Source of the DNA: an uncultured Erysipelotrichaceae bacterium
Lineage (GTDB): Bacteria > Bacillota_I > Bacilli_A > Erysipelotrichales > Erysipelotrichaceae
Direction of reading: 5' to 3'
Length of the DNA: 29,362 nucleotides
NCBI GenBank assembly: GCA_964457525.1
Contig: CAYWGS010000006.1
Span: 1 to 29,362, forward strand
The position numbers and the translations under genes are program-made. The notes beneath the pieces are model-generated. The model saw only the letters and a program-made list of their open reading frames with translations. It was not told the origin of the DNA and did no database searches. Shown piece by piece: positions 14,307-25,690 of the stretch. Within the stretch, counting starts at the first letter, position 1. Each line of letters opens with the position of its first letter.

Positions 14307-15152
14307 ATGAGTATTCAATGGTTTCCGGGTCATATGACTCGAGCAAAACGTGAAATGCAAGAACGCTTAAAAATGGTGGATATGGTGATTGAATGTCGTG
14401 ATGCACGCATCCCGATGGCATCGATTAATCCACTTATTTTTGAATTGGCAAAAGACAAGCCTAAACTCATTGTTTTAAGCAAATTAGATATGTCTGATCT
14501 TAAGGCAACAGCCGAATGGATGAAACATTTAAGTAATGAAAACACGATTGTATTAGCCCTTGATTTACTCAATGATGATACTCGTAAGAAAGTTTTGGAT
14601 GCGTGTTTATTGGTTATGAAACCAAAGTTTGAACGTTGGAAAGCACGTGGTATCGGAGCTCGTCGAATCAAAGCGATGGTGGTAGGAATTCCGAATGTTG
14701 GAAAGTCTACGCTCATTAATCAACTCGCTAAGAAAAAGATTATGACAACAGCAGATCGACCTGGCGTTACGATGTCACTTAAATGGGCGAATGTACACCC
14801 TCAACTCGATTTACTCGATACACCTGGTGTATTGTGGCCTAAGTTTGATGATCCTCAAACAGGGATTCATCTAGCGCTTGCGGGATCGATTAGTGAAAAA
14901 GTATTACCAATTGATCAGTTAGCGTATCTTGCGTTTGAATTTGTTTTAAAACACTATCCAGAATCACTAAAGAATCGTTATGATTTTGTTGGGACTGATC
15001 CAAAAGATTTCTTTGAACATATTTGTAAATTGCGTCTATATATTAAGAAAGATGAACTACAAATTGATCAAGCTTATAACACATTCTTAAGAGAGTTAAA
15101 ACAAGGGATCTTAGGTCCAATGAGTTTTGAATATGTCCAAGATTTGGCTTGA
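14307..15152 (+). CDS. rbgA: ribosome biogenesis GTPase A (YlqF/RbgA)
   Basis: MSIQWFPGHMTRAKRE.. with circularly permuted GTPase motifs (SKLD.., GIPNVGKST, DTPGV). Confidence 0.94.
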   Translation: MSIQWFPGHMTRAKREMQERLKMVDMVIECRDARIPMASINPLIFELAKDKPKLIVLSKLDMSDLKATAEWMKHLSNENTIVLALDLLNDDTRKKVLDACLLVMKPKFERWKARGIGARRIKAMVVGIPNVGKSTLINQLAKKKIMTTADRPGVTMSLKWANVHPQLDLLDTPGVLWPKFDDPQTGIHLALAGSISEKVLPIDQLAYLAFEFVLKHYPESLKNRYDFVGTDPKDFFEHICKLRLYIKKDELQIDQAYNTFLRELKQGILGPMSFEYVQDLA

Positions 15153-15738
15153 AGATGAAATAACAGATGAATGCATTCTAGGACTTGATGAGGCTGGACG
15201 TGGTCCACTTGCAGGTCCTTGTATTGTGTCTGGGGTTATTCTTCCAAAAGGGTATCAACATCCTTTAATCAATGATTCTAAGCAATTATCGGAGAAGCAA
15301 CGTAAACAATGCTATAAGGATATTTTAAGAGATGCATTGTGGATTATGATTATTTCGGTAACGCCTAAAACAATCGACAAAGATAACATCTATCAAGCAA
15401 CAAAAAATGCGATGAAGTTGATTGCGTCTTATTCGGATGCGAAGATTGTTTTAACCGATGCGATGCCTTTTACAATTAAGGATAAAGATATCCGTGATTA
15501 TGTAAAAGGAGATTCACGAAGTATTAATATTGCGGCTGCGAGTATTATTGCCAAAGTAACACGTGATCATATGATGGAAGAGTATGATAAAGAATATCCA
15601 GAATATGGTTTTGCACAACATAAAGGTTATCCAACGAAGAAACATGTGGAAGCACTCAATCAATATGGAATTACTCCAATCCATCGATTAACATTTGAAC
15701 CGGTAAAGTCAATGACACAAAAAACGTTATTTGATTAG
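15127..15738 (+). CDS. rnhB: ribonuclease HII
   Basis: Motif GLDEAGRGPLAGP, plus ..DSKQLS.. and ..HKGY... The track start at 15127 is TTG. ATG at 15133 is an equally plausible start. Confidence 0.93.
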   Translation: MNMSKIWLEDEITDECILGLDEAGRGPLAGPCIVSGVILPKGYQHPLINDSKQLSEKQRKQCYKDILRDALWIMIISVTPKTIDKDNIYQATKNAMKLIASYSDAKIVLTDAMPFTIKDKDIRDYVKGDSRSINIAAASIIAKVTRDHMMEEYDKEYPEYGFAQHKGYPTKKHVEALNQYGITPIHRLTFEPVKSMTQKTLFD

Positions 15739-15769
15739 GGAAGGAAGTTTATAACTCATATCTATAGTT

Positions 15770-16504
15770 ATGAACTCTGAACAACTCTTAGCGTATAGTA
15801 TTAAATATGAAGGGGATTATGCATCAATCCAACGTGCAATCCATCAAAATGAACCCTATCATCCCGTAAAGGATAAGGGTTTTTATTTCACTCTGTGTGA
15901 TGATATTTATCCTGATTCTTTAAAAGTATTGAAAAATCCACCTTTTGTACTATACTATCGAGGAAACCTAAATTTATTACAAAGTGAATGTGTATCAGTG
16001 ATTGGAAGTCGGAATGCTTTACCATATGCGTCTAAATGGACAGAAATTGTGGTCAAAGAACTCTCGAAGAATTATGTTATTGTGAGTGGATTAGCTAAAG
16101 GAATAGATGGATTAGCGCATGAAGTTGCGCTTGAGTATGGAAGTACCATTGCGATATTGGGTTGTGGGATTGATGTCATATATCCGATATGCAATAAAGA
16201 TTTATATCATAAGATTATGAAGAATGGATTAATTCTATCCGAGTATCCAGGTAAAACGGAGGTACGTAAACATCAATTTGTGATGCGAAATCGGATTATT
16301 GCAGGTTTAGGTCAAAGTTTATTTGTGATGCAATCGAACTTAAAAAGTGGTTCAATGATTACAGTGAATGTCGCACTTGATTGTGGTAAAGACGTTACTT
16401 GTTTACCCTTTAATTGTGATCAAGTTGAAGGAGAAGGGAATAATTTTCTAATCCAACAAGGCGCAAATATCTTGACAAACCCTCTAGAATTGACCAAACT
16501 ATGA
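15770..16504 (+). CDS. dprA: DNA processing protein DprA/Smf
   Basis: Rossmann-like DprA core (..VIGSRNALPYA.., SGLAKGIDGLAH, ..RNRIIAGL.., ..SGSMITV..). Short (244 aa), with a reduced N-terminus. Confidence 0.88.
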   Translation: MNSEQLLAYSIKYEGDYASIQRAIHQNEPYHPVKDKGFYFTLCDDIYPDSLKVLKNPPFVLYYRGNLNLLQSECVSVIGSRNALPYASKWTEIVVKELSKNYVIVSGLAKGIDGLAHEVALEYGSTIAILGCGIDVIYPICNKDLYHKIMKNGLILSEYPGKTEVRKHQFVMRNRIIAGLGQSLFVMQSNLKSGSMITVNVALDCGKDVTCLPFNCDQVEGEGNNFLIQQGANILTNPLELTKL

Positions 16505-16548
16505 AATACAGTGAAAAAAAACGGTAATCGTTTAATATAGGAGCAGTT

Positions 16549-18675
16549 ATGCGTAATTTAGTAATCGTGGAGTCCCCATCGAAGTCCAAAACCATCCAGA
16601 AATATTTGGGAGATGATTTTGAAGTTGTCTCATCCAAAGGTCATATTCGTGATTTATCAACTTCTGGCAAAGGTGGTTTAGGGGTCGATGTCGAAAATGG
16701 ATTTAAACCGACATATAAGATCAATAAAGATAAAGGTGATACTGTAAAGCAACTAAAGACGAAAGTCAAAAAAGCAAAAATGGTTTACCTTGCGACTGAC
16801 CCTGACCGTGAAGGTGAGGCAATCTCTTGGCACTTAGCGGATGAGCTCGGTTTAGACAATACCAAAGCACAACGTGTTGTGTTTAATGAAATTACAAAAC
16901 CAGCGATTCTTGAAGCCTTTGAACATCCACGTGATGTCGATATGAATCTAGTACGTTCACAAGAAACTCGACGTATCTTAGATCGTATTATTGGTTTTAA
17001 ATTATCCAAATTATTACAAAGTAAGATTTCATCAAAATCTGCTGGACGTGTACAATCTGTTGCGCTTCGCTTAATCGTTGAAAAAGAAAAAGAAATTCAA
17101 GCGTTCGTTCCAGAAGAAAAATGGACAATCAAAGCTTATTTTGAAAAAAATAAAACAGAGTTTGATGCGGAGTTAGAAAAATTTGAAGGTAAGACTTTAA
17201 AAATTAAGAACCAAGCAGAGAACGATAAAATACTATCGGAATTAAACAATGAGTTTAAAGTTCAATCCATAGTAGAGAAAGCTGGCGCAAAAGCACATAA
17301 GTTCCCATTTATTACGTCTACGCTCCAACAAGAAGCTGCGAACAAACTCAACTTCCCAGCGAAGAAAACGATGCGTATTGCGCAGAAGTTGTATGAAGGT
17401 GTGGATATGAAAGATGGTCAAGAAGGTTTGATCACTTACATGCGTACCGATTCAACTCGTTTCTCAGATGGGTTCGTTAAGGATGCACAAAACTTTATTC
17501 GTAAAGAATATGGTCAAGAATATGTTGGTTTCTATAAAGTAAAAGAAAATAGTAATGCTCAAGATGCGCATGAAGCGATTCGTATGACGCATATTGAATA
17601 TACCCCTGATTATTTAAAAGATATTCTAAGTGCAGATGAGTTAAAACTATACTCACTCATATATGCTCGTTCACTCGCATCACTCATGTCTTCCCCAAAA
17701 ACGAAGACCATTACGGTTACCTTGGATCAAAAAGGGTACCAATTTGTGGCGAAGGGATCGAAGTTAGAGTTTGATGGTTATTTAAAGGTTTATGGTAAGT
17801 ACGAATCCAGCAAGGATAAATGGTTACCAGAACTTAACCAAGATGAAATCTTACATAGTCTAAAGAATGAAGGAACACAAAGTTTCTCTAATCCTCCTTT
17901 ACGTTATTCTGAAGCTCGTTTAATTGAAGCTCTTGAAAGTAAAGGAATTGGTAGACCAAGTACTTATGCGATGATCATTGATACGATTATTGAAAGAGCT
18001 TATGTGACCTTAGAGAAGGGTGAATCCAGTAAGACGAAAGTATTTATTCCTACTGAACAAGGATTCTTAACGGATTCTAAACTTAAAGAACATTTCGAAT
18101 CGATTATTAATGTCGACTATACGGCTCAGATGGAAAGTGAACTCGATCATATTGCGGAAGGCAATCAAGATCATGTGGAAGCTTTAACTCGTTTCTATAA
18201 TCGCTTTACACCACTCTTAACCCAAGCGTATGAAACGATGGAAAAGATTGCGCCAGTTGAAGTCGGTCGTGATTGTCCAGTATGTGGTAATCCACTTGTT
18301 CAACGTAAAGGTCGTTTCGGCCCATTTATTGCATGTAGTACCTATCCAACGTGTAAACATATCGAAAAGATAGAAAAAGAAAAAGAAGAACCTCAATTTA
18401 CGGGTGAAATGTGTCCAAATTGTGGATCACCACTCGTTATGCGTAAAGGTCGTTTTGGCCCATTTGTCGCATGCAGTAATTATCCTACTTGTAAGACCAT
18501 TATCAACTCAAAGGCAAAAACACAAGAAGTGAAAGAAACCGGTGAAATGTGTCCGGATTGTGGTAAACCGCTTGTTGAGAAGATGAGTCGTTATGGTAAA
18601 CCATTTGTAGGATGCAGTAATTATCCTAAATGTCGTTATATTCAAAAGAAAGCGAAGCGTGAAGATGGAGAATAA
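16549..18675 (+). CDS. topA: DNA topoisomerase I
   Basis: Toprim N-terminus (LVIVESPSK.., ..DPDREGE..) and an active-site Tyr region (..ITYMRTDS..). Three C-terminal C4 zinc ribbons (CPVCG../CPNCG../CPDCG..). Confidence 0.97.
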   Translation: MRNLVIVESPSKSKTIQKYLGDDFEVVSSKGHIRDLSTSGKGGLGVDVENGFKPTYKINKDKGDTVKQLKTKVKKAKMVYLATDPDREGEAISWHLADELGLDNTKAQRVVFNEITKPAILEAFEHPRDVDMNLVRSQETRRILDRIIGFKLSKLLQSKISSKSAGRVQSVALRLIVEKEKEIQAFVPEEKWTIKAYFEKNKTEFDAELEKFEGKTLKIKNQAENDKILSELNNEFKVQSIVEKAGAKAHKFPFITSTLQQEAANKLNFPAKKTMRIAQKLYEGVDMKDGQEGLITYMRTDSTRFSDGFVKDAQNFIRKEYGQEYVGFYKVKENSNAQDAHEAIRMTHIEYTPDYLKDILSADELKLYSLIYARSLASLMSSPKTKTITVTLDQKGYQFVAKGSKLEFDGYLKVYGKYESSKDKWLPELNQDEILHSLKNEGTQSFSNPPLRYSEARLIEALESKGIGRPSTYAMIIDTIIERAYVTLEKGESSKTKVFIPTEQGFLTDSKLKEHFESIINVDYTAQMESELDHIAEGNQDHVEALTRFYNRFTPLLTQAYETMEKIAPVEVGRDCPVCGNPLVQRKGRFGPFIACSTYPTCKHIEKIEKEKEEPQFTGEMCPNCGSPLVMRKGRFGPFVACSNYPTCKTIINSKAKTQEVKETGEMCPDCGKPLVEKMSRYGKPFVGCSNYPKCRYIQKKAKREDGE

Positions 18676-19975
18676 GTTTGTACGTGTCATTGGGGCAGGG
18701 TTAGCTGGATGCGAAGCAACCTACCAATTAGTTAAAAGAGGTATCCCAGTTCATTTATATGAAATGCGACCAATCAAGTCATCACCTGCACACAAAACCA
18801 ATGATTTTGCGGAACTCGTTTGTTCAAATTCTTTAAGAAGTGATCAACTTCTCAATGCGGTAGGTGTACTTAAAGAAGAATTAAGAATGTTGGATAGTTT
18901 CATCATGAAACATGCGGAAGCACATCGTGTTCCAGCGGGAAGTGCCTTAGCAGTGGATCGTGAAGGCTTTGCGAAGAGCGTTACTGAAGAAATTAAGCAA
19001 CATCCTCTTGTGACTGTTTTTCATGAAGAAATCACAGAGTTGGATGAGAATATTCCAACTATTATTGCGACAGGTCCATTAACTTCGGATCCACTCGCAG
19101 AATTTATTCGTAATCGATTTAATCAAGAATCACTTTATTTCTATGATGCGGCAGCGCCAATTATTGAAAAAGATTCGATTAACTTCGAAAAGGCTTATTT
19201 TAAATCTCGTTATGATAAGGGTGAAACCCAAGATTATATCAACTGTCCAATGACTAAAGAAGAGTTCGAGGCCTTTTATCATGAACTCATCAATGCGGAA
19301 ACTGTCACATTAAAAGAATTCGAAAAGGAAATTTTCTTTGAAGGCTGTATGCCATTTGAAGTTATGGCTAAGCGTGGACCTAAGACCTTAACCTTCGGAC
19401 CAATGAAACCCGTGGGACTTGAAAAAGATAATGGTAAGCGTGCTTATGCGGTTGTACAATTAAGACAAGATAATGCGGCGGCTTCTCTATATAATATTGT
19501 AGGATTCCAAACTCATTTAACCTGGCCGGAACAACGTCGTATTATTCGTATGATTCCAGGTTTAGAGAATTGTGAATTTGCACGATATGGTGTAATGCAT
19601 CGTAATACCTATATCAAATCGCCACTCCTCTTAAACAGTAATTATCAAAGTAAAGATGTACCAAATTGGTACTTTGCAGGACAAATGAGTGGTGTTGAAG
19701 GTTATGTGGAATCTTGCGCAAGTGGTTGTATTGCGGGGATTAGTCTAGCGAGAAGACTCTTAGATCAAGAAGTCTTTACCTTTGATCCAAATACGATTAT
19801 TGGAGCGATGGCGTATTATGTTACTCACACTGATCCAGATCATTTCCAACCAATGAATGCGACTTTTGGCTTATTGAACTATGATGACAAAGGAAAGAAA
19901 CATGATCGTAAAGAACGCTATGCTCAAATGGCGCTTGATGCATGTAGAACAATGATTCAAAAATATGATGTATAA
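18665..19975 (+). CDS. trmFO: methylenetetrahydrofolate--tRNA-(uracil54-C5)-methyltransferase TrmFO (Gid)
   Basis: FAD motif [11 protein letters not shown], plus ..[11 protein letters not shown]... The track start at 18659 is GTG. ATG 18665 gives the N-terminal length usual for TrmFO. It overlaps the end of topA. Confidence 0.94.
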   Translation: MENKFVRVIGAGLAGCEATYQLVKRGIPVHLYEMRPIKSSPAHKTNDFAELVCSNSLRSDQLLNAVGVLKEELRMLDSFIMKHAEAHRVPAGSALAVDREGFAKSVTEEIKQHPLVTVFHEEITELDENIPTIIATGPLTSDPLAEFIRNRFNQESLYFYDAAAPIIEKDSINFEKAYFKSRYDKGETQDYINCPMTKEEFEAFYHELINAETVTLKEFEKEIFFEGCMPFEVMAKRGPKTLTFGPMKPVGLEKDNGKRAYAVVQLRQDNAAASLYNIVGFQTHLTWPEQRRIIRMIPGLENCEFARYGVMHRNTYIKSPLLLNSNYQSKDVPNWYFAGQMSGVEGYVESCASGCIAGISLARRLLDQEVFTFDPNTIIGAMAYYVTHTDPDHFQPMNATFGLLNYDDKGKKHDRKERYAQMALDACRTMIQKYDV

Positions 19976-20870
19976 AGAAATCGATGACTTTTTAAAATCC
20001 ATACGATTAAAGAACACAGGTTCTAAACATACTGAAGCTGCATATTTTCGTGATTTAAAACAATTCTATGATTATTGTTTGAATGAAAATGTTCAGGATT
20101 TTAAACAGGTTGATTTACCTTTTATTCATTCGTATATTCATCATCTAAATACAAAAACAAAACAAGGTCTTAAATCGACCAGTTTAGCGCGTAAACTTTC
20201 GAGTTTGCGCTCTTTTTATGACTTTTTAGTATCTCAAGAAGTATTGGATTATAATCCATTTCATGATTTGAGTCCGATTAAGAAGAAACACCATCTACCG
20301 GATTTCTTATTATTTGATGAAATGATGGCTTTATTAGACTCATTTGATTTAAGTGATCCTGAAGCGTATCGTAATCGCGTTATGTTTGAGCTTATGTATG
20401 CTTGTGGTTTACGTGTTTCTGAGTGTGTGAACTTAAAAATCAGTGAGATTGATTTTCAAGATATGAGTTTGCGTTTTATTGGTAAAGGAAGTAAGGAAAG
20501 AATGATTCCTTATTATCCAAGTATGAATGAACTCTTGTTAAACTATGTTAAACATGTGCGTCCTACATTCAAGAATTCATTTAAACACGACATTGTGTTT
20601 GTGAATGTAAAGGGAGATCGTATGACCTCACGTGGTTTTCAATATCTCTTAGATAAGAGTGCACTTGAAGCTGGGCTTAAACGAACCGTACATCCACATA
20701 TGTTAAGACATAGTTTTGCGACACATTTATTGGATAATGGGGCTGATTTAAGGGTTGTCCAAGAACTCTTGGGACATGCGAATCTAAGTACAACTCAGAT
20801 TTATACGCATGTGACCTTGGATCGCTTAAAAGATAGTTATTTAAAAGCCTTTGAAAGGGCAAAAAAGTAG
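19965..20870 (+). CDS. xerC: tyrosine recombinase XerC (CodV-like)
   Basis: Catalytic motifs ..GLRVSE.., [30 protein letters not shown]. Conserved position after trmFO. Confidence 0.9.
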   Translation: MMYKEIDDFLKSIRLKNTGSKHTEAAYFRDLKQFYDYCLNENVQDFKQVDLPFIHSYIHHLNTKTKQGLKSTSLARKLSSLRSFYDFLVSQEVLDYNPFHDLSPIKKKHHLPDFLLFDEMMALLDSFDLSDPEAYRNRVMFELMYACGLRVSECVNLKISEIDFQDMSLRFIGKGSKERMIPYYPSMNELLLNYVKHVRPTFKNSFKHDIVFVNVKGDRMTSRGFQYLLDKSALEAGLKRTVHPHMLRHSFATHLLDNGADLRVVQELLGHANLSTTQIYTHVTLDRLKDSYLKAFERAKK

Positions 20871-20879
20871 TTGATAGAC

Positions 20880-20908
20880 TTGTCAGAAGTGTTTCACTAT
20901 GGTATATT
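20880..20908 (+). promoter_or_regulatory. sigma-A type promoter upstream of rpsB
   Basis: TTGTCA (20880-20885), a 17-nt spacer, then TATATT (20903-20908). Confidence 0.5.
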
Positions 20909-21022
20909 ATTCAATGGCATCTTATGGAGATGTACTTCACACATCAGGGATTCACAATTCCGTGCTCAAAGAGTTAATTGTGTCAGAACTGGTGGAGGAC
21001 TAACGGAAAGCGAGGATTACAA

Positions 21023-22000
21023 ATGTCAGTCGTATCGATGAAGAAGTTGTTAGAACATGGGACTCATTACGGTCATCAAACCAAGAAATGGAACCCAAAA
21101 ATGAAGCCGTATATTTACGCGGCTAAAAACAAGGTATATATCATTAACTTAGAAAGAACTTTAACTAAGTTGGATGATGCTTACGCAGCACTACGTGCTA
21201 TCGCTGAAAAGAACGGTAAAGTATTGTTTGTTGGTACAAAGAAACAAGCTCAACAAATCGTTTTAGATGAAGCGCTAAGAAGTGGATCATTCTACATTAA
21301 CCAACGTTGGTTAGGTGGAACCTTGACAAACTTCAGAACAATCCAAAAGAGAATCAAACGTTTACTTGATATCCAAGAAATGGAAGCAAGTGGAACATTA
21401 AGTGTTTATCCAAAGAAGGAAATTGCGCAAATTAAGAAGGAAGAAGCACGCTTAGAAAACTTCTTAGGTGGAATTAAAGACATGAAGAAAGTACCTGATG
21501 CGGTATTTGTTGTCGATCCTACTGAAGATTACAATGCAGTTTTAGAAGCTAAGAAATTAGGTATTCCTGTATTTGCGATTACAGATACTAACTGTGATCC
21601 AGATCTAATTGATTATGGTATTCCAGCAAATGATGATGCGATTCGTTCCATCAAGTTAATCGTTAGCTTAATGGCTGATGCGATTGTTGAAGCTAAGGGT
21701 GGTATCTTAACATATGCTCACCAAGAACAAGATCTTGAAAAAGATATTACGATGAGCGATGTTATTATTAACGTTAACCAACAAAACGAAGAAAACGAAC
21801 GCCGTCGTAAACAACGTATGGAAGAACGTCGTCAACGTGAAGAACGTTATGGCCGTAAGCCTTACGATCGTAATGACCGTAATTCATCTGATCGTCCAAA
21901 ACGTGATTTCAAACAATATACTCCAAGAACTGAAAAAGCAGTTGAAACTCCAGTAGTTGAAGCTGAAAAAGCAGTTGAAACAAAAGAGGTAAGTGAATAA
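21023..22000 (+). CDS. rpsB: 30S ribosomal protein S2, with a ~75-aa charged C-terminal extension
   Basis: [27 protein letters not shown].. is the canonical S2 start, with GAGGA 6 nt upstream. The track start at 20978 is a TTG extension. The tail is R/E/K-rich. Confidence 0.96.
   Translation: MSVVSMKKLLEHGTHYGHQTKKWNPKMKPYIYAAKNKVYIINLERTLTKLDDAYAALRAIAEKNGKVLFVGTKKQAQQIVLDEALRSGSFYINQRWLGGTLTNFRTIQKRIKRLLDIQEMEASGTLSVYPKKEIAQIKKEEARLENFLGGIKDMKKVPDAVFVVDPTEDYNAVLEAKKLGIPVFAITDTNCDPDLIDYGIPANDDAIRSIKLIVSLMADAIVEAKGGILTYAHQEQDLEKDITMSDVIINVNQQNEENERRRKQRMEERRQREERYGRKPYDRNDRNSSDRPKRDFKQYTPRTEKAVETPVVEAEKAVETKEVSE
21930..21981 (+). repeat. exact 19-nt direct repeat inside the rpsB tail
   Basis: CTGAAAAAGCAGTTGAAAC occurs at 21930-21948 and 21963-21981, encoding (T/A)EKAVET twice, 11 codons apart. 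Confidence 0.9.
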
Positions 22001-22890
22001 TGATTACTGCAGCACAAGTAAAAGAGCTAAGAGATAAGACTGGCGCTGGTATGATGGATTGCAAGAAGGCATTAACCGAAACAAACGGTGATATTGCGCT
22101 TGCGATTGATTGGCTACGTGAAAAGGGTATTTCTAAAGCAGCTAAGAAAGCGGATCGTATTGCGGCTGAAGGTTTAACAAAAGCTTTAGTGAGTGGCAAT
22201 CGTGCAGTTGTATTAGAAGTAAACTCTGAAACTGATTTCGTTGCGAAGAATGAACAATTCTTACATTTATTAGATGTTGTTGGTCATGCTTTACTACAAG
22301 GTAATGCAAAGACTGTTGAAGAAGCTCATGCTTTAGTTTTCGAAGGTAAAACTTTAGAAAACTGGATCGTTGATGCGACAGCAACAATCGGTGAAAAAAT
22401 CACTTTACGTCGTTTTGAATTATTAGATAAAACAGATGCAGAAGTATTTGGTTCATATGTACATATGGGCGGTAAGATTTCTGTTGTTACTAAATTAAGT
22501 GCTACTGAAGATGGTGATGTTGCGAAGGATATGGCAATGCAAGTTGCTTCTATGAATCCTAGCTACATTTCTCGTCAACATATGCCTGCTGAATACGTTG
22601 AACATGAACGTAAGATTCAATCTGAAATCATTAAGAATGATGAAGCTCTAGCGAGCAAGCCTGAAAATGTTCTTAAAGGTATTTTAGAAGGTCGTTTAAG
22701 CAAGACGCTTCAAGAATCTAGCTTAGTTGATCAATTGTTCTTCAAAGACCAAGACAAAAAAGTTGCGGATGTATTAAAATCTGCTAAAGCTGATGTGGTA
22801 GCGTTTGTTCGCTATGCTGTTGGCGAAGGTATTGAGAAGAAAGCTGACAATTTTGCGGAAGAAGTAATGAACCAAACTTTTGGTCAGTAA
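22000..22890 (+). CDS. tsf: elongation factor Ts
   Basis: [25 protein letters not shown].. (UBA-like N-terminus). The TAATG overlaps the rpsB stop. Confidence 0.97.
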   Translation: MITAAQVKELRDKTGAGMMDCKKALTETNGDIALAIDWLREKGISKAAKKADRIAAEGLTKALVSGNRAVVLEVNSETDFVAKNEQFLHLLDVVGHALLQGNAKTVEEAHALVFEGKTLENWIVDATATIGEKITLRRFELLDKTDAEVFGSYVHMGGKISVVTKLSATEDGDVAKDMAMQVASMNPSYISRQHMPAEYVEHERKIQSEIIKNDEALASKPENVLKGILEGRLSKTLQESSLVDQLFFKDQDKKVADVLKSAKADVVAFVRYAVGEGIEKKADNFAEEVMNQTFGQ

Positions 22891-22897
22891 AAATCTG

Positions 22898-22925
22898 AAG
22901 GACACATTTTGTGTCCTTTTATTAA
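22898..22925 (+). terminator. terminator/attenuator after tsf
   Basis: AAGGACAC (22898-22905) pairs with GTGTCCTT (22911-22918). The tail is TTATT. Confidence 0.45.
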
Positions 22926-22938
22926 AAGAGGAGGCAGC

Positions 22939-23655
22939 ATGTATAAACGAATTTTGTTAAAATTAAGTGGCGAAGCACTAGCAGGAAGCAGTAATGGATA
23001 TGATCCAGAAGTCTTGGCACAGATTGCGAATGAAGTAAAAGAAATTACTGAATTAGGCATTCAAGTTGCGATCGTCGTGGGTGGAGGTAATTTCATTCGT
23101 GGTAAATTTGCAGAACAAATGGGAATTGATCGTGTTCAAGCAGATTACATGGGAATGTTAGGTACAGTGATTAATTCAATCGCTATTCAAGGTGTATTTG
23201 AAAAACATGGAATTATCACACGTGTTCTATCAGCCATTGAAATGAATAAGATTGCGGAACCTTTTATTGTTCGACGTGCTGTACGTCATTTAGAGAAGAG
23301 CCGTGTCGTTATTTTCGCTGCTGGAACTGGTAGCCCATATTTCTCAACTGATACAACTGCTTCACTTCGTGCGTCAGAGATTGGCGCAGATGTTATACTT
23401 ATGGCAAAGAATGGTGTGGATGGCGTTTACGATGCAGATCCTAAAGTTAATCCAAATGCCAAACGTTATGATCACTTAAGTTATCGTGATGTCATCCAAC
23501 AGAATTTGCAAATTATGGATCACACAGCTATTACCATGTGTAATGATAATAATATTGACCTTATCGTATTTAATATGAATCAAAAGGGTAATATTCGTAA
23601 AGCTGTTGTGGATCGTAATATTGGAACCATTATTTCAAAGGAGAACAATGAATGA
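22939..23655 (+). CDS. pyrH: UMP kinase
   Basis: [16 protein letters not shown].. is the canonical start, preceded by AAAGAGGAGG. The track start at 22909 is a TTG inside the tsf terminator. Confidence 0.97.
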   Translation: MYKRILLKLSGEALAGSSNGYDPEVLAQIANEVKEITELGIQVAIVVGGGNFIRGKFAEQMGIDRVQADYMGMLGTVINSIAIQGVFEKHGIITRVLSAIEMNKIAEPFIVRRAVRHLEKSRVVIFAAGTGSPYFSTDTTASLRASEIGADVILMAKNGVDGVYDADPKVNPNAKRYDHLSYRDVIQQNLQIMDHTAITMCNDNNIDLIVFNMNQKGNIRKAVVDRNIGTIISKENNE

Positions 23656-24197
23656 AAGCACATTTAGATGCCGCTAAAGAAAAGATGTTAAAACGTATTG
23701 CGAAGTTAGAAGCACATTTTCAAACGATTCGTACGGGTCGTGCTAATCCAAATCAATTAGCTGAAGTTGCGGTTGATTATTATGGAACACCAACCCCTAT
23801 TAATCAAATCGCTAGTATTCAAGTTGTGGAAGGTCGTCAATTGGTTATTAAGCCATACGATAGTTCTATTTTACGTGGCATTGAACACGCAATCCAAGCT
23901 GCTAATTTAGGATTTAATCCTACGAATGATGGACAAGTGATTCGTATTCTTGTTCCTCAATTAACGGAACAAACTCGTAAAGATTTAACCAAAGAAGTAG
24001 CTAAACATGCAGAAGAAGCTAAAGTTGATTTAAGAAACATTCGTAGAGATGCGAATGATCAAATTAAGAAAGATGATACTTTAACGGAAGACTTAGAAAA
24101 AGAAGCACTTGAAAAAGTTCAAAAATTAACCGATGAACACATTAAGTTAATTGATGAAATTGTTAAGGCTAAAGACAAAGACATTATGACAGTATAA
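23652..24197 (+). CDS. frr: ribosome recycling factor
   Basis: ..[15 protein letters not shown].., ..[11 protein letters not shown]... 181 aa. ATGA-type overlap with pyrH. Confidence 0.97.
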   Translation: MKAHLDAAKEKMLKRIAKLEAHFQTIRTGRANPNQLAEVAVDYYGTPTPINQIASIQVVEGRQLVIKPYDSSILRGIEHAIQAANLGFNPTNDGQVIRILVPQLTEQTRKDLTKEVAKHAEEAKVDLRNIRRDANDQIKKDDTLTEDLEKEALEKVQKLTDEHIKLIDEIVKAKDKDIMTV

Positions 24198-24220
24198 GCT
24201 CACTTCGTGAGCTTATTTTC
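24196..24220 (+). terminator. weak hairpin/attenuator after frr
   Basis: AAGCTCAC (24196-24203) pairs with GTGAGCTT (24207-24214) around a 3-nt loop. The tail is ATTTTC. Confidence 0.3.
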
Positions 24221-24233
24221 TAAAGGAGACTCT

Positions 24234-24926
24234 ATGGGATTTAAACATGTTGCAATAATCATGGATGGTAACGGACGATGGGCAAATGCTCAAAATAAAG
24301 TACGTACATTTGGTCATCTTCAAGGTAGTGAAAAGGTAAGAGAAATTGCCATTGCCGCAAATGATCTAGGTTTAGAGGTTTTAACTTTATATGCTTTTTC
24401 AACTGAGAATTGGAAACGTCCTAAAGAAGAAGTGGATTATTTAATGGCACTACCTGATGTGTTCTTTAATAAGTTTTTAAAAGAACTCATGGAAAAGAAT
24501 ATCCGTATTCAAACCATAGGTGAATTGGATGCTTTCCCTGAATCAACGCGTAATGTTCTTTTACGTGCTATTGACGCAACTTCGAAAAATACGGGGATGG
24601 TCTTGTGTTTTGCGATGAATTATGGCTCTCAACGTGAGATTTTCTTAGCTGCTCAACACTATCATGAAGCTATTGTAGATGGTATAATATCTAAAGATAT
24701 TACACTTAGTGAATTTGAACAATTCTTGATGACTAAAGATTATCCCGCTGTGGATTGTTGCATACGAACATCCGGTGAAATGCGCTTATCCAACTTCTTA
24801 TTATGGCAATTAGCGTATGCAGAATTGGTGTTTGAACCGTGTGCATGGCCAGATTTAACGGCAGATCATTTTAAAGAAATTGTATTGGATGCACAGAAAA
24901 GGGATCGTCGTTTCGGAGGCCTTTAA
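24234..24926 (+). CDS. uppS: undecaprenyl diphosphate synthase
   Basis: MGFKHVAIIMDGNGRWA.. is the canonical start, preceded by AAAGGAGA. ..RTSGEMRLSNFLLWQ... The track start at 24207 is a GTG inside the hairpin. Confidence 0.96.
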   Translation: MGFKHVAIIMDGNGRWANAQNKVRTFGHLQGSEKVREIAIAANDLGLEVLTLYAFSTENWKRPKEEVDYLMALPDVFFNKFLKELMEKNIRIQTIGELDAFPESTRNVLLRAIDATSKNTGMVLCFAMNYGSQREIFLAAQHYHEAIVDGIISKDITLSEFEQFLMTKDYPAVDCCIRTSGEMRLSNFLLWQLAYAELVFEPCAWPDLTADHFKEIVLDAQKRDRRFGGL

Positions 24927-25690
24927 TGAAACAAAGAATATTAACCGCACTTGGAATCACAGCTGTCGTCTTACCTACATTTTTGTATGGAGGATTACCT
25001 TTTAAGTTAGTCGTGTTTTTCTTCATACTAACAGCCTTATATGAAATGTATGCGGTTAAGAAAGATAGGTGGCCGATTTGGTTGTATTTACTTATGGTTG
25101 CTTTGATTATTCTATTTGCGACGTTAGATCTAAATAGTTTATATCTTGGTATGATTATCTTACTGATGTCTTTGTTTGTAATTACCATAACCTTTGATTG
25201 GTTTACACCTTTAGACTTAGGTTATATTTATACCTTAATGATTTTACTTACCACCGCATTACGTGCTGTGTTTGTAGCGGTTAGTTATGGACGAATTGAA
25301 TTAGTCTATATCTTACTTGCGACCTATGCGACCGATACTGGAGCTTATTTTGCGGGTTATTTCTTTGGTAAGAATAAACTCAATGAACGTATTTCACCTA
25401 AGAAGACCATCGAAGGTTCAATTGGTGGTTGGTTGTTTGGTTTTGGTATTAGTCTACTCTATGCCTATTTCTTAGTAGAACGTTTACCGTTTAATTTCAT
25501 GCTTATCTGTAGTGCAATTATCCCAATTATTTCACAGATTGGTGATTTGGCCTTTAGTTCAATTAAGCGTCATTTTAATATCAAGGATTTTGGTACGATC
25601 TTCCCAGCACATGGTGGTGTATTAGATCGTATTGATAGTTTATTGTTTAGTTTAATGACATTCTATATTTTAGTAGGAATCATGTTATAA
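24926..25690 (+). CDS. cdsA: phosphatidate cytidylyltransferase
   Basis: Polytopic membrane protein with the CDS signature ..SSIKRHFNIKDFGTIFPAHGGVLDRIDS... Confidence 0.94.
   Translation: MKQRILTALGITAVVLPTFLYGGLPFKLVVFFFILTALYEMYAVKKDRWPIWLYLLMVALIILFATLDLNSLYLGMIILLMSLFVITITFDWFTPLDLGYIYTLMILLTTALRAVFVAVSYGRIELVYILLATYATDTGAYFAGYFFGKNKLNERISPKKTIEGSIGGWLFGFGISLLYAYFLVERLPFNFMLICSAIIPIISQIGDLAFSSIKRHFNIKDFGTIFPAHGGVLDRIDSLLFSLMTFYILVGIML

Noticed and set aside
15770-16504. Short DprA (244 aa) as a possible truncation or pseudogene
   Set aside because: The Rossmann-like core is intact and in frame. Only the N-terminal accessory region is short, and DprA length varies widely. This is not enough to call it defective.
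18240-18660. Three near-identical Cys4 repeats at the topA 3' end as a possible repeat expansion
   Set aside because: Multiple C-terminal zinc ribbons are a normal feature of bacterial topoisomerase I.
20978-21022. N-terminal extensions in the supplied track (rpsB 20978, pyrH 22909, uppS 24207, trmD 12531, trmFO 18659)
   Set aside because: Each begins at a TTG/GTG or an upstream ATG inside a terminator or the preceding gene. The canonical family N-terminus with a good RBS lies at the downstream ATG (21023, 22939, 24234, 12546, 18665).
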